Assembly (NCBI GenBank): GCA_003153495.1
Contig: PLYU01000302.1
Span: 1 to 50,365 of the forward strand
DNA: 50,365 nucleotides
Source: Myxococcales bacterium
GTDB taxonomy: Bacteria; Myxococcota_A; Polyangia; Polyangiales; Polyangiaceae
Direction of reading: 5' to 3'
In this document: piece after piece, positions 29,800 through 39,331 of the stretch
Layout of the letters: the number at the start of each line of letters is the position of its first letter
Numbering within the stretch: the stretch's first letter is position 1
Notes under the pieces: generated by a model
Told to the model about the DNA's origin: nothing
The model's input: the letters and a program-made list of their open reading frames with translations, nothing else
The model's database searches: none
Position numbers and translations under genes: made by a program

Positions 29800-31374
29800 T
29801 CATTTCTTGGGCGAAGCGGAGGCCGGGGCAGCCGCAGGAGCCGCGGAAGATCCGGGAGCGGCGCCGGCCGCGGGGGAGGCCGAGCCGGCGGCTGCCGGTG
29901 CTCCCGGCGCTGCCGCCGGTGCGTTGCTGTCGGCCGGCGAACCGGCCGGAGCAGCAGGCGCGGCAGGAGGAGGATTCGGGGGACCCCCTGCCTGGAGGAA
30001 GGTCACCGTGTCGTCGATGTCCTGCATCCGTTCCTTGGCCTTCTTGACGGCGCCGTCGTACTCCGACTTGCTGTAGGCCTTCTCCATGAAGGCCTGGAAG
30101 ATCTGCTTGGCCTGCTGATAGACGGCGACGGCCTTGTCGGTGCCGCCGGCGCCCTTCGCCTTGTACTCCTGGGTGAGGATGCCCTCGTTGAAGAAGGCAT
30201 CCGGCCTCGCCGAGTCGATCTTCTTGCAGGCTTCCAGCTCTCCCTGCACGGCGGCGACCTGCTTGTCGTAGTTGGTGTCATCGATCTGGCCGCGGAGGGC
30301 CAGGGCGAGCCCGAGGTGCGCGTCGTAGTCGTTCGAGTGCATCTCGAGCGCCTTGCGGTACGAGGCCTCTGCCTTGTCGAACCCTCGGAAGCTCAGGTTG
30401 ATCGCCGCCAGGTTCATCTGCGCTTCGAAGAAGTGCGGATCGAGCTGCGCAGCGGCCTGGAACTCCTTCACGGCAGTGTTCACCTGCCCGAGCTCGTTCA
30501 GGATTAGCCCGGAGGTGTTGTGAATGGGGGCGTACGACTGGCTCTTGTGGACTGCCTGCGAACAGACCAGCGCGGCCAGCTCGAGCTGCTGGATGTCGCC
30601 GCGCTTGGCGAGCGCCGCGTTCGTCGCGATGGTCCGCCCGAACTTGCGCCCTGCCCCGCCCGCCTTCTTCTTCGCGCTGCCGAAATAGTAGAGCGCAAGC
30701 TGATTGAAGGCGGGCATGTAGCCGTCGTCGATCGCCAGCGCGCGCTGCAGGTTGAGCTTGGCACAGTCGAAATCGGCCAGGTCGACGTCCCTGCCGCCCG
30801 CCTTGGAGTGGCAGTTGGCGCCGACGGTGTCGGAGTCACGGAGCATCTGGAACATGGCGAGGTCGACGAGCGCCGGCACGTTCTGGAAGTTCGCGTCGGT
30901 GACCGCCTGCTCGAGCGAGGCGATCGCGGCGTCGGCGTTGCCGTCGGCCTTGAACTGATAGAGAGCGAGCTGGGCGCGGGCGAAGTGGAACTTCGGCTCG
31001 TCCGCGAGTGCCTGCTGGAAGCGGGACTTCGCGTCCTTGTCGTTCCCGCACCGCTGGTACGCGAGACCCGCGTCGTACGTGGCCTCGGGGAACTTGCCCG
31101 AAGCCTGCGCCGACGCCGCCGCCTCGAACGCCTTGGCACTCTCCGCGCACGTCTGGTCGTTCCAGTCGTTCGCCTTGTCGTGCCCGTTGAGAACGTCGAG
31201 GGCGGCGTTGAACCTCTCGATCGCCGCCTTCTGGACGACGACCGGTGCGGGACCGCCGTGCCCGCCCGACGTCGCCTCGACGGCGCCCTCGGCTTCCTTG
31301 TGCCCACCGCCGCAACCCAGTCCAAAGGCGCCGACGAGCATGCCGACGGCCAAAACGCTTCCGGTGTTCTTCAT
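29800..31374 (-). CDS. gltE: TPR-repeat lipoprotein with Ala/Pro-rich C-terminal tail, GltE(AglT)-like
   Basis: MKNTGSVLAVGMLVGAFGLGC lipobox. Several TPR-like units are present (EATYDAGLAYQRCGNDKDAKSRFQQAL, FFEAQMNLAAINLSFRGFDKAEASYRKALEM). The Ala/Pro/Ser tail is about 70 aa. The start lies 11 nt after the D-like stop. The ORF track extends to 31626, but that leader is Arg-rich. Confidence 0.8.
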   Translation of the reverse strand: MKNTGSVLAVGMLVGAFGLGCGGGHKEAEGAVEATSGGHGGPAPVVVQKAAIERFNAALDVLNGHDKANDWNDQTCAESAKAFEAAASAQASGKFPEATYDAGLAYQRCGNDKDAKSRFQQALADEPKFHFARAQLALYQFKADGNADAAIASLEQAVTDANFQNVPALVDLAMFQMLRDSDTVGANCHSKAGGRDVDLADFDCAKLNLQRALAIDDGYMPAFNQLALYYFGSAKKKAGGAGRKFGRTIATNAALAKRGDIQQLELAALVCSQAVHKSQSYAPIHNTSGLILNELGQVNTAVKEFQAAAQLDPHFFEAQMNLAAINLSFRGFDKAEASYRKALEMHSNDYDAHLGLALALRGQIDDTNYDKQVAAVQGELEACKKIDSARPDAFFNEGILTQEYKAKGAGGTDKAVAVYQQAKQIFQAFMEKAYSKSEYDGAVKKAKERMQDIDDTVTFLQAGGPPNPPPAAPAAPAGSPADSNAPAAAPGAPAAAGSASPAAGAAPGSSAAPAAAPASASPKK

Positions 31375-31385
31375 GGCGCCCCGGC

Positions 31386-34300
31386 TCACTTTCTCTTCTT
31401 GCCGCCCGCTGCGGGCTTCTTCTTGGAATCGTCGCCGCCGCCGCCGCTGCCCGAGTCGACCATCTCGGCCTTCTCGGTCGCCGGGCCCGACGCGGCAGGG
31501 TGCCAGAGCTGACCCCCGATGATGAGGGGCGGCGGGTGGTCGTCGAGGCCGCCGTTGGACAGCGTCGGCGCGCCGCGCAGCTCGTCGACCACGTGGTATT
31601 CGGTCTTGTAGTTCTTCGCGAGCCACTTCTCGCAGTCGCGTGAGTACTCGTCGAAGTACTGGTACTTCACCGAGTCGTCGAGGCAGCGTTTGAGCGCCGG
31701 CTTGGCCTTGTCGCGTTTGATCGGCTCGGAGGCCTCGTCGAGGTGCTCGAGGTAGTTGGCCCTGACCTCCGACCAGGAGAGGGTGTCTCCCGTGCCAGGC
31801 ACGAAGCCCTTCTTGTCCCAGTCCTTGGGGTACGGTGCGCGGCGGAAGTCGTCGACGAAGTCACCCCACAGGAGCCCCGCGCGCGACGCGGCCGCGATGA
31901 CCCACCGAGGCGGCGGGACGGGCTGGAGCTCGGTGATCTTCTGGTACTCCTTGTCGACCCCTTCGATCGCCTCTTGCTTCTTCGCCACCCAGGGCTTGAC
32001 CGATTTGTCCATGTACTTCAGGACTTCTTCCTTCGTGCCCTTGCCCTTGTAGACGGGGAACGGAAGCGAATCGACCTTCTCCTTCTTCTTGTCCTCGGAC
32101 GCGAAGAAGAGTGCCTCACCCACGGCGTCGAGCGCCTTGCCCAGCCGGTGCGCGCGCTGGTCCTCGCCCTCGGCCTTGTAGGCGTCGGCGATCCCCTTCT
32201 GCATGCCGGTCCCGTCGCCCCAGAGCTTGCGCACCTTCTCGTACTCACCCTTGGCCTGCGCCTGCGCCTTGAGGTGCATGAGCGCGCGAGCCAGCGTCGC
32301 GTGAGCCTGCGCCTGGATGTCCGGCGGCGCCTTGTCGAGCGTGCCCATCGACCCTTGCATCGCCTTGCGCGTGCTCTCCCAGTCTTCCTTGTCCGCGTAG
32401 TGGGCACCGATCGCGAACGCGATCTGCGCCGTCTCGACGGAGTTCGATGACCCGAAGTCCTTCTGGTACTCCTTGACGCCCGCGACCGCCTGGTCCTCCT
32501 GCCCGAGACCGAGCCGCAGCACGATCGCGTCGGAGAGCGCCTTGTCGGCGTTCTTGCGGTGCGGATTGTCCTTCGCGTAGCGCTCGTACCAGTCGGCGGC
32601 CTGGTCGTAGACCGCGATCGCCTGCCAGTTCCCGCCGATCTTGAACATCGCGTCCTTGGCGAGCTCGGTCTTGTCCATCTTGTAAGTGGGGTTCAAGAGG
32701 ACCATGCGAGCCCGGATCGCGCTCGCCACGAGGTGGCCCGCCTGGAAAGCGCGCGCCGAGTTCTCGACGATCTCGTCGAGCTTCTCGCACTGCGGAGCCT
32801 TGTTGTCGCGCAGGGGCGTGGCGCCGTACTTCTCCCAGAGCTCGAAGTATGCCTTGCCGCCCTTCTCGAAGAGCTCGAGCGCGTTGTTCCCGCCCTTGTC
32901 TGCGTCCTCGACGATCCGCTGCGCGCGCAGGCGCTGGATGTCGCACTGGACCTTGGTGAGCACCGTACAGGTGTCCTCGTTCTTCGAGGCCTTGTCGCCG
33001 GCGCAGAACAGATCGATGAACTTGGGAACGTCCGTGATCATGTCGTCCAGGCACGACGTCCGGTTGGGCGCGCCGTGGAACGCGAGAACGTTGATGCTCT
33101 CGAGGTACAGCTGCGCGGCGTATACCGCCGAGTCGCTGTCGGGGTCGGCGTAGGCGATGTCCTTGAAGCAGGCGGCCGCCTCTTCCCAGTTCTGCGCCTC
33201 GAAGTAGAGCCGGCAGCGCGCGTACTTGACCTCGGCGAGCTGCTTGGTCCCCTCGGCGTCGGCCTTGTCGGGGTGGATGTAACAGACGTACCGGTTGAAG
33301 GCAGAGACCATCGTCTTCTGCCCATCGGTCATCTCCTTCTTCCGGTACTTGTCGTCGGAATCCTGCTTGATGTCCTTGCCGACGCCAGGCAGGTTCCCGC
33401 TCCCTTTCTTGTCCGACCCCTTCTGGTGCTGGGCCAGGTAGATGTTCTGGTAGCAGAGCACCGCCGCATAGGCGGCCTCGGCCGCCTCGGGGGCCTGCGG
33501 GTCCTCCTGGACCACCGAGTCGAACGCCGGCCCGCACTCCGCCCACCGCTCGCGGAAGTAGAGCAGGTCGGCCATGTTGTACTTGATCTTGTAGATGGTG
33601 GGCCAGTCTTCCTTGACCAGGCGCGGGAACTCGAACTTCGAGAACTCGTCGTTCTTCCAGGTCTCCGCGACCTTCTTGTAGATGATGGACGCCAGGTCCA
33701 TCGTCTTCGGGTCGCCCGTGCCGCGCTGCCCCTGGGAGCCGACGGCCTCCAGGTGCCACGCCATCGCCGTCTCCGCGGCCATCGACGCCGTGTGGTTCGC
33801 GCACTTCTGCTGCGCGTCGGCGGGGTGGTTCTCCGCCTTGTAGGCGGCGTAGCGCTTGAACTGGTTGTTCAGCTCCGCGACGATGCCAGCCTTGTCGCCG
33901 GACTTCATCGCCATCGTCGCCTCGGTGATGTGCGACTGGTACTCGCACCCCTTGTCGCTCCCGTTGTCGCGGACCGACAGATCCTTGTAGAGCGCGATGG
34001 CCTCCGGGTAATGGCCCGTGTCCAGGTAGTTCTGGCCGAGATCGTCCATCATCTTGAACGTCTTGGCCGTGGAGCCGGCCGGGTCGCCGCTCAGGTTCTT
34101 GAAGAAGTTGTAGGACTCGCTCGGGCTGCCCGCGAGCGCGTACACGGGCACGACGTCCTTGCGCCCGCTCTCGGCGAGCTTGGTCGCGTTGGGCAGCTGG
34201 GCGAACTGGACGCCGAAGTCGATCGTCTTCTTGAAGGCGTCGAGCGCGTGGGGCAAATCGCCCATGTTCCAGAAGACGTAGGCGAGCTTGTACCAAGCGT

Positions 34301-35267
34301 AGCCGTACACCTTGTTCTCGGGCGGCGGCTTGGCGATGACCTTCTGGTAAGCCTGCTTCGCCGGCTCCCACTTGCTGGGGTCCTGCAGGGCTTCGTTGAA
34401 GAACAGCTCGCCAAACGCCAGGTAGGCGTTCTGGATGTACTTCGAGTTCGGCGTCTTCGTGATGAGGTCGAGGTACACGCGGCGAGCGTTCGACAGGTCG
34501 CCGGACTGCTCGTACTCGTAGGCGAGGTAGTAGTAGACCTCGTCGAGCACGGGGTACGCCGGCGGAGGGTTCTGCGGGAACCGCGTGGAAGGCTGGCCGG
34601 AGTAGTCGGTGACGAGAATCGAGTAGTAGTTGATGGCCGCCTTGCGAGCGCGGTCCATCGTCGTCTTGCGGGCGTTCGCCACGGCCTGCTGCTTGCCGGC
34701 CTCGCGCGGGTTCGACTTCTTCGCTTCGTCGCGCTTGACCTCGGCGACCGTCTTCTCGCGGAAGGCGGCGTTCTCGAGCTCGACGTAGTCCTCGGCGAGC
34801 CGGCGGAGGAGCTGGATGCGGTCCTTCGAGCGGACCTCGGTCGACCGGAGCAGATCCTCGAGCTGCTGGATCTCGGTGACGAGGAGCGCGAGGGCGCGCT
34901 GCTTGAGCGCCGTCTGACGCGCGTCGCGGATGCCCGCGAGCATCGAGACGTCCGCGCTGCCGACCCCGATCGTCTTGTCGCCCTTCTTGATGTCCTCCAC
35001 CTTGGAGTGGAACGACATCTGCGGGGTCTTGCCGTGCGCCCCGACGTTGAAAGACGTCGGCCCGTTGTTCGGGCAGACGTCGAGGTTCTTCTTCGCCTGG
35101 TCCGTCACGCACGCAGGACCGGAGCTCGTGCTCGAAGCCGGGGTCGTGGTCGTGGTCGGAAAGTCGTCCTTCGAGGACGACGACGAGGCACCCGCCGCGC
35201 GCGCTGCGCCAGCTCCGCCCGTGACCAACGCGATGACGACGACCCACTGAGATAGAACGCGATTCAT
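31386..35267 (-). CDS. gltD: 1293-aa secreted TPR protein, GltD(AgmU)/NfsD-like
   Basis: Signal MNRVLSQWVVVIALVTGGAGAARA and a Ser/Thr-rich linker. The body is long and helical with TPR-like units (YYYLAYEYEQSGDLSNARRVYLDLI, YGYAWYKLAYVFWNMGDLPHALDAFKKTI). A GGGAGG Shine-Dalgarno sits in the last codons of the upstream gene, 3 nt from the ATG. Alternative-frame ORFs 32245..35283 and 32559..35255 are artefacts. Confidence 0.85.
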   Translation of the reverse strand: MNRVLSQWVVVIALVTGGAGAARAAGASSSSSKDDFPTTTTTPASSTSSGPACVTDQAKKNLDVCPNNGPTSFNVGAHGKTPQMSFHSKVEDIKKGDKTIGVGSADVSMLAGIRDARQTALKQRALALLVTEIQQLEDLLRSTEVRSKDRIQLLRRLAEDYVELENAAFREKTVAEVKRDEAKKSNPREAGKQQAVANARKTTMDRARKAAINYYSILVTDYSGQPSTRFPQNPPPAYPVLDEVYYYLAYEYEQSGDLSNARRVYLDLITKTPNSKYIQNAYLAFGELFFNEALQDPSKWEPAKQAYQKVIAKPPPENKVYGYAWYKLAYVFWNMGDLPHALDAFKKTIDFGVQFAQLPNATKLAESGRKDVVPVYALAGSPSESYNFFKNLSGDPAGSTAKTFKMMDDLGQNYLDTGHYPEAIALYKDLSVRDNGSDKGCEYQSHITEATMAMKSGDKAGIVAELNNQFKRYAAYKAENHPADAQQKCANHTASMAAETAMAWHLEAVGSQGQRGTGDPKTMDLASIIYKKVAETWKNDEFSKFEFPRLVKEDWPTIYKIKYNMADLLYFRERWAECGPAFDSVVQEDPQAPEAAEAAYAAVLCYQNIYLAQHQKGSDKKGSGNLPGVGKDIKQDSDDKYRKKEMTDGQKTMVSAFNRYVCYIHPDKADAEGTKQLAEVKYARCRLYFEAQNWEEAAACFKDIAYADPDSDSAVYAAQLYLESINVLAFHGAPNRTSCLDDMITDVPKFIDLFCAGDKASKNEDTCTVLTKVQCDIQRLRAQRIVEDADKGGNNALELFEKGGKAYFELWEKYGATPLRDNKAPQCEKLDEIVENSARAFQAGHLVASAIRARMVLLNPTYKMDKTELAKDAMFKIGGNWQAIAVYDQAADWYERYAKDNPHRKNADKALSDAIVLRLGLGQEDQAVAGVKEYQKDFGSSNSVETAQIAFAIGAHYADKEDWESTRKAMQGSMGTLDKAPPDIQAQAHATLARALMHLKAQAQAKGEYEKVRKLWGDGTGMQKGIADAYKAEGEDQRAHRLGKALDAVGEALFFASEDKKKEKVDSLPFPVYKGKGTKEEVLKYMDKSVKPWVAKKQEAIEGVDKEYQKITELQPVPPPRWVIAAASRAGLLWGDFVDDFRRAPYPKDWDKKGFVPGTGDTLSWSEVRANYLEHLDEASEPIKRDKAKPALKRCLDDSVKYQYFDEYSRDCEKWLAKNYKTEYHVVDELRGAPTLSNGGLDDHPPPLIIGGQLWHPAASGPATEKAEMVDSGSGGGGDDSKKKPAAGGKKRK

Positions 35268-35270
35268 CAG

Positions 35271-37040
35271 TTACCTCCCGCACTTCGACGTGATCGTCTG
35301 GCGGTAGAATCCGAGCTCGTCACGCCAGTACTCGCCGTTGAAAGGCCAGATGACGTGCTCTTCGTCGGGCTTGACGATGTTGGCCTTCGACTCTTCGACC
35401 GTCACCTGGGCACCCTGGATGGCCTGATCCAGCTGGTTGCGCTGGGCGGCCGTGATGTCGATGAGGATCTTCTGTCCGTTGCGCATCTGCTCGTTGAGGT
35501 CCGCGAGGTTTCGCTCGTAGCGAGCGCGGGCCAGGTCGCCGGCATTGCGCACCGCGAGCTCGCGCGCGTCGTGCACCGAGTCCTTGACCAAGTCGGCTAC
35601 CTTCGCATCCTTGAAGCTGCCCGGGGCCTTCTTGAACCGGTTCTCCTCCTCGTCGAGGAGACGAACGTACTCGAGATTGCGCAGGAGCTGCCGGTCGGAG
35701 AGCGACGACTTGACGATCGGGGCGACCCTGGAATCGATCTGCGCCTTGTCGTCGCGAACGTCCTTCAAAAACTTGTAGAACTCCTGCTCCTGGTTGCTCC
35801 CCTTCTTGAACTTGTCGAGGGTCTTCGTCAGCTCGGCGCGGATCGGCTCGTACCGCGACCGGAACTTGGCCACGATGGTGAGCGCGTCGTCGTACTGGCA
35901 GTTCGAGAAATAGATCACCGCCTTGAGGACGTCCGCCTCGGGATAATAAGACTGCGGGAAATACGGCGACTGGATCGTGTGAATGTTCCCGAGGGCGTGG
36001 CTGTAGTCGCCCGCCATGAAGTACGCCCACGACTCCTCGAAGAGGGCGTCGAGCCAGTACTCGCTCGCGACGTCGACCATGTTCCAGTACTTCACCGCAG
36101 CGCTCAGGTGCGTCTGGTCGACGGTCGGCGCGTTCGTGTTCTCGTCGAGCTTGATGCTGGCCGAGTAGAACGTGCGGGCCATCGAGAGGTACGCGAGGTC
36201 ACGCATGCGCGCCTCGTCCTCGACCTCGACGTCGCCCTCCTCGATCGCCCCCAGGATGCGCTGGAACGCCTGCACCGCAGGCTTGCTCTGCCGCATCTGC
36301 ACGTTCGAGACGCCGCCGAAGAACTGCGCCTGGACGTAGTACTTGCTGCGCCGGTCGACCTTCTCGAAGAGCGACAGCGCCTCGGGGAACGCGCCGTTGC
36401 GGTACTTGTACCGACCCAGCAGGTAGTTGAGCTGCCAGTAGAGATCCTGCTGCTCGTGGTTGTTGAACTTCGCCACGTGCTCCTGGTTGTACTTGCCGAC
36501 TCGCTCGATGACGTCCGCCGGCTCGGGCAGATCGGTCGCGAGCTTCGCGAGCCACAGCAGCGTCTCGTTGTATTTCAGGTGATTCGGCTTGTCGGTGATC
36601 TCGCTGAAGATCGAATAGGCGCCCTGGTAGAACTTGAGCTTGTAGAGGGCCTTCGCGAGATTGAACTGGGCAATCTGCTTGTTGCCCTCGTCGTCTCCCG
36701 TCTCTCCGGTGGAGACCCGATACAGCGCCTTCGCGGCGTCCCACCACTTCTCGCTCTCGTACAGGCGCTTCGCCTGCGCGGCGGCCTCGGTCGGCTGCCC
36801 CGCGGGCGACGCCGGAGAGTTGTCGACCACCTTGCCGGGCTTGCCCGATTTCGCCGGAGCCGCCTGCGATTGATCCGCGTCCATGTCGACGGGAGCGGGC
36901 TTGCTCGCGGCCGCGGGCTGGCCGGCGGCGGGCGCCGCGGGCTTCTTGGGCCGCCGCTGACCGTACGCCGACGCGCCCGTCAAACCGGTGGCCGCCACCA
37001 AGGTCGTCACCCAAACATTGCGCATCAACCGTCTACGCAT
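35271..37040 (-). CDS. secreted helical-repeat protein, first gene of the array (GltC/NfsC-like by position)
   Basis: With ATG 37040 (GAGGAG 7 nt upstream) the N-terminus is MRRRLMRNVWVTTLVAATGLTGASAYG, a signal peptide. A Pro/Ala/Lys linker and TPR-like helices follow (FNLAKALYKLKFYQGAYSIFSEI, WAYFMAGDYSHALGNIHTI), then a coiled C-terminal part ending WPFNGEYWRDELGFYRQTITSKCGR. The track start at 37061 is a TTG. Confidence 0.8.
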   Translation of the reverse strand: MRRRLMRNVWVTTLVAATGLTGASAYGQRRPKKPAAPAAGQPAAASKPAPVDMDADQSQAAPAKSGKPGKVVDNSPASPAGQPTEAAAQAKRLYESEKWWDAAKALYRVSTGETGDDEGNKQIAQFNLAKALYKLKFYQGAYSIFSEITDKPNHLKYNETLLWLAKLATDLPEPADVIERVGKYNQEHVAKFNNHEQQDLYWQLNYLLGRYKYRNGAFPEALSLFEKVDRRSKYYVQAQFFGGVSNVQMRQSKPAVQAFQRILGAIEEGDVEVEDEARMRDLAYLSMARTFYSASIKLDENTNAPTVDQTHLSAAVKYWNMVDVASEYWLDALFEESWAYFMAGDYSHALGNIHTIQSPYFPQSYYPEADVLKAVIYFSNCQYDDALTIVAKFRSRYEPIRAELTKTLDKFKKGSNQEQEFYKFLKDVRDDKAQIDSRVAPIVKSSLSDRQLLRNLEYVRLLDEEENRFKKAPGSFKDAKVADLVKDSVHDARELAVRNAGDLARARYERNLADLNEQMRNGQKILIDITAAQRNQLDQAIQGAQVTVEESKANIVKPDEEHVIWPFNGEYWRDELGFYRQTITSKCGR

Positions 37041-37602
37041 CGTCGTGCTCCTCATCCTCAATTCGAGTCGAGCCGTGGCCTTCGTATCGAGCTATGCCGC
37101 GCCAGCAGAGAATCCGTTGCCCAATCGCTCGCGTCGACGCTCACTACGTGGCAACCCTTGAAGCGGTCCCTGGCATCGCCAAAAACCTGAGCGATGTTCG
37201 CAAGATACTCTCTTCGAGAGGCAGCGATGGTACGGAGCCCGATCCGCCGTTGTCAAGGCGAAAAACCCCCAGGGCGCTGCGTCACGAGGCTCCTCCTTAG
37301 CGCGCCTGGGGAGCCGTCGTCCCGCGCGTCGTCAATTGCGACGCTCTTGCGACGCGACGCGCCGATTCCGGCGTGGTCAACAATGTCCACCGCGAGCGTG
37401 ACGGCGCGTGACGGCACGGGCTTCTGCCGGCCATCATGAGATGAGAGCGAGCGAGAGCACCGCTCGCGCCCCGCCCAAAGCGGCTTGACGCGTTTCACCG
37501 CATTCGACTAGGTTTCTCGCCGTCGTCCACCGCCCGTTCACGCCTGCGACGACCCCCTTGCGCCTTCTCCGCCTCGCCGTCCCACTGGAGAGCCGACACC
37601 CG

Positions 37603-38253
37603 ATGACCCGATCGATTCTGGCCGGATTGGCCATCGCCGCCGCCGTTGCAGTCTTGTCGGGCACCGGTTGCCAGTCCACCGGCGTCGGCGATCCGTGCAC
37701 CCCGGAGCAGGAGTACGACAAGTCGTTTCTCGGCTTCAGCAAGGACGAGGTCAACGTCGAGTCGAAGAGCTTCCAGTGCCAGACGCGACTGTGCCTGGTG
37801 AATCACTTCCGGGGCCGGGTGTCCTGCCCGTACGGGCAGAACGCGGACGGCAGCGAGCCCGCCGGCGCCGGTTCGTGCGCCTCTGGACAGAACTGGGGCT
37901 GCTGCACCCCCGGAGTCGGCCAGCACGTCGACGGCATCGACGCCCAGGGCAAACCTGTGAACCCGACCGCCCAGGGGACGGTCGACCCGCAGTGCCCGGA
38001 TCGCAAGGCGGACAAGACCGTCTACTGCTCGTGCCGCTGCGCCAACGCCGACGGCAACACGAACGACGGCGCCAACTACTGCACGTGCCCCGACGGGTTC
38101 GCGTGCGCGCAGCTCGTGAGCCCCATCAGCGAAGCGGACCAGGGGCTGACCGGCGCCTACTGCGTCAAGAACGGGACGCAGTACGATGCGAACGTCGGAG
38201 GGTGCGCGTCCAAGTGCGACCCGGCGCTGAAGAACTGCGGTCCGGTGCTGTGA
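37603..38253 (+). CDS. Cys-rich lipoprotein, divergent from the array
   Basis: MTRSILAGLAIAAAVAVLSGTGC lipobox. The mature part has 18 further Cys in a Gly/Asn/Asp-rich sequence (CCTPG, YCSCRCANADGNTNDGANYCTCPDGFAC). GGAGA lies upstream of the ATG. The track start at 37558 is an upstream TTG. Confidence 0.75.
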   Translation: MTRSILAGLAIAAAVAVLSGTGCQSTGVGDPCTPEQEYDKSFLGFSKDEVNVESKSFQCQTRLCLVNHFRGRVSCPYGQNADGSEPAGAGSCASGQNWGCCTPGVGQHVDGIDAQGKPVNPTAQGTVDPQCPDRKADKTVYCSCRCANADGNTNDGANYCTCPDGFACAQLVSPISEADQGLTGAYCVKNGTQYDANVGGCASKCDPALKNCGPVL

Positions 38254-38615
38254 CGCGCGCGGAGCTCGGCCGGAGAGCCGAGCTCGCTGTGGCTGACTAT
38301 TTGTTCGCCGGCGGGTTCTCGATCCTCGCGCGAAATCTCAGGCTCGGGCGGCTCGAGCTCGACGTCGTCGCGCGCGACGGCGACCTCGTCGTGGTCGTCG
38401 AGGTCCGTACGCGCGGGCGCGGCTCGTTCGTCGGCCCCTTCGAGAGCGTGACCCGCGCCAAGCGCGCGCGCCTCGCGCGGGCCGTCGAGCGGCTCTGGAC
38501 CGAGCGCCTCGCCCGCACGCCCGGCGTCGAGCGCGTCCGCGTCGACGTCGCGGCCGTGAAGTTCGCCGGTCGCGAGACGTGGATCGACTACGCCCGCAGC
38601 GTCTCGCTCTCGTAG
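38250..38615 (+). CDS. yraN: YraN-family (UPF0102) endonuclease-like protein
   Basis: 121 aa: GRRAELAVADYLFAGGFSILARNLRLGRLELDVVARDGDLVVVVEVRTR...RVDVAAV, the typical YraN pattern. The GTG overlaps the upstream TGA (GTGA). The longer track ORF starting at 37668 is an out-of-frame artefact across the lipoprotein gene. Confidence 0.85.
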   Translation: MTRAELGRRAELAVADYLFAGGFSILARNLRLGRLELDVVARDGDLVVVVEVRTRGRGSFVGPFESVTRAKRARLARAVERLWTERLARTPGVERVRVDVAAVKFAGRETWIDYARSVSLS

Positions 38616-38619
38616 ACGG

Positions 38620-39318
38620 TTACGGCTCGACTGCGCGCTTCATCCCGTCGCGCAGGCGGCCCAGGGTCGCGGCTGCTTCTTCGTTGCCTCCGCGGTCCAG
38701 CGCCGTGAGCGCAATCTCGACCTCTCGCAGTTGACCCGCCTCGATGTCGCGCAGCTGCGACACCATCCGCGTGAACGCGTCGAAGAACGCCTGGAGCTCG
38801 TCCTTGCGCCGCAGCTGCTCGTCGATGCGAAGGTTCCCCTCGCCGACGCTCTTGAGGAGCCGCTTCATCTTGTGCACCGGCCCGGCCACCTTGTGCGTGA
38901 AGTAGATGCCGAACAGGCCGATGGCGACCACCATCAGCGCGAGCCCGCCGACCAGCGATTCGAGCATCCACTTCTGGCGCTGGATGAGCGACCTCTGCTG
39001 ATCGGCGATCGAGCGGTCGTGAGCATCGGCCTCGCGGTTGAACTCCGCCAGGAGCCCGGGGCTGTCGCCCGCGAGGTCCTTGACGTTCATCCGGCTCACC
39101 TCCGAGACCTTCTTGCTCTCCTCCACCAGCGCGGAGCTCCCCCCGACGACCGCCCGGGTGCTCAGGTACAGCACGCACCCCATGACACCGGCGATGCCGA
39201 CCGCGACCACCACCAGGAAGCCCGCGTACTTGAGCTGGAAGCGTGAGTCGAGCAGGTAGTTCCGGAGCCGGCGCTTGTATCCTGCGGCCTGGGGCGGGGA
39301 GCTCATTGCGGTCGTCAT
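38620..39318 (-). CDS. two-TM membrane protein with HAMP domain and no recognisable output
   Basis: TM1 is YAGFLVVVAVGIAGVMGCVLYL, followed by an exterior loop of about 80 aa, then TM2 LVGGLALMVVAIGLFGIYF. HAMP-like segment: THKVAGPVHKMKRLLKSVGEGNLRIDEQLRRKDELQAFFDAFTRMVSQL. The protein ends about 45 aa later. Confidence 0.75.
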   Translation of the reverse strand: MTTAMSSPPQAAGYKRRLRNYLLDSRFQLKYAGFLVVVAVGIAGVMGCVLYLSTRAVVGGSSALVEESKKVSEVSRMNVKDLAGDSPGLLAEFNREADAHDRSIADQQRSLIQRQKWMLESLVGGLALMVVAIGLFGIYFTHKVAGPVHKMKRLLKSVGEGNLRIDEQLRRKDELQAFFDAFTRMVSQLRDIEAGQLREVEIALTALDRGGNEEAAATLGRLRDGMKRAVEP

Positions 39319-39331
39319 CGTGGTCGGCCCT

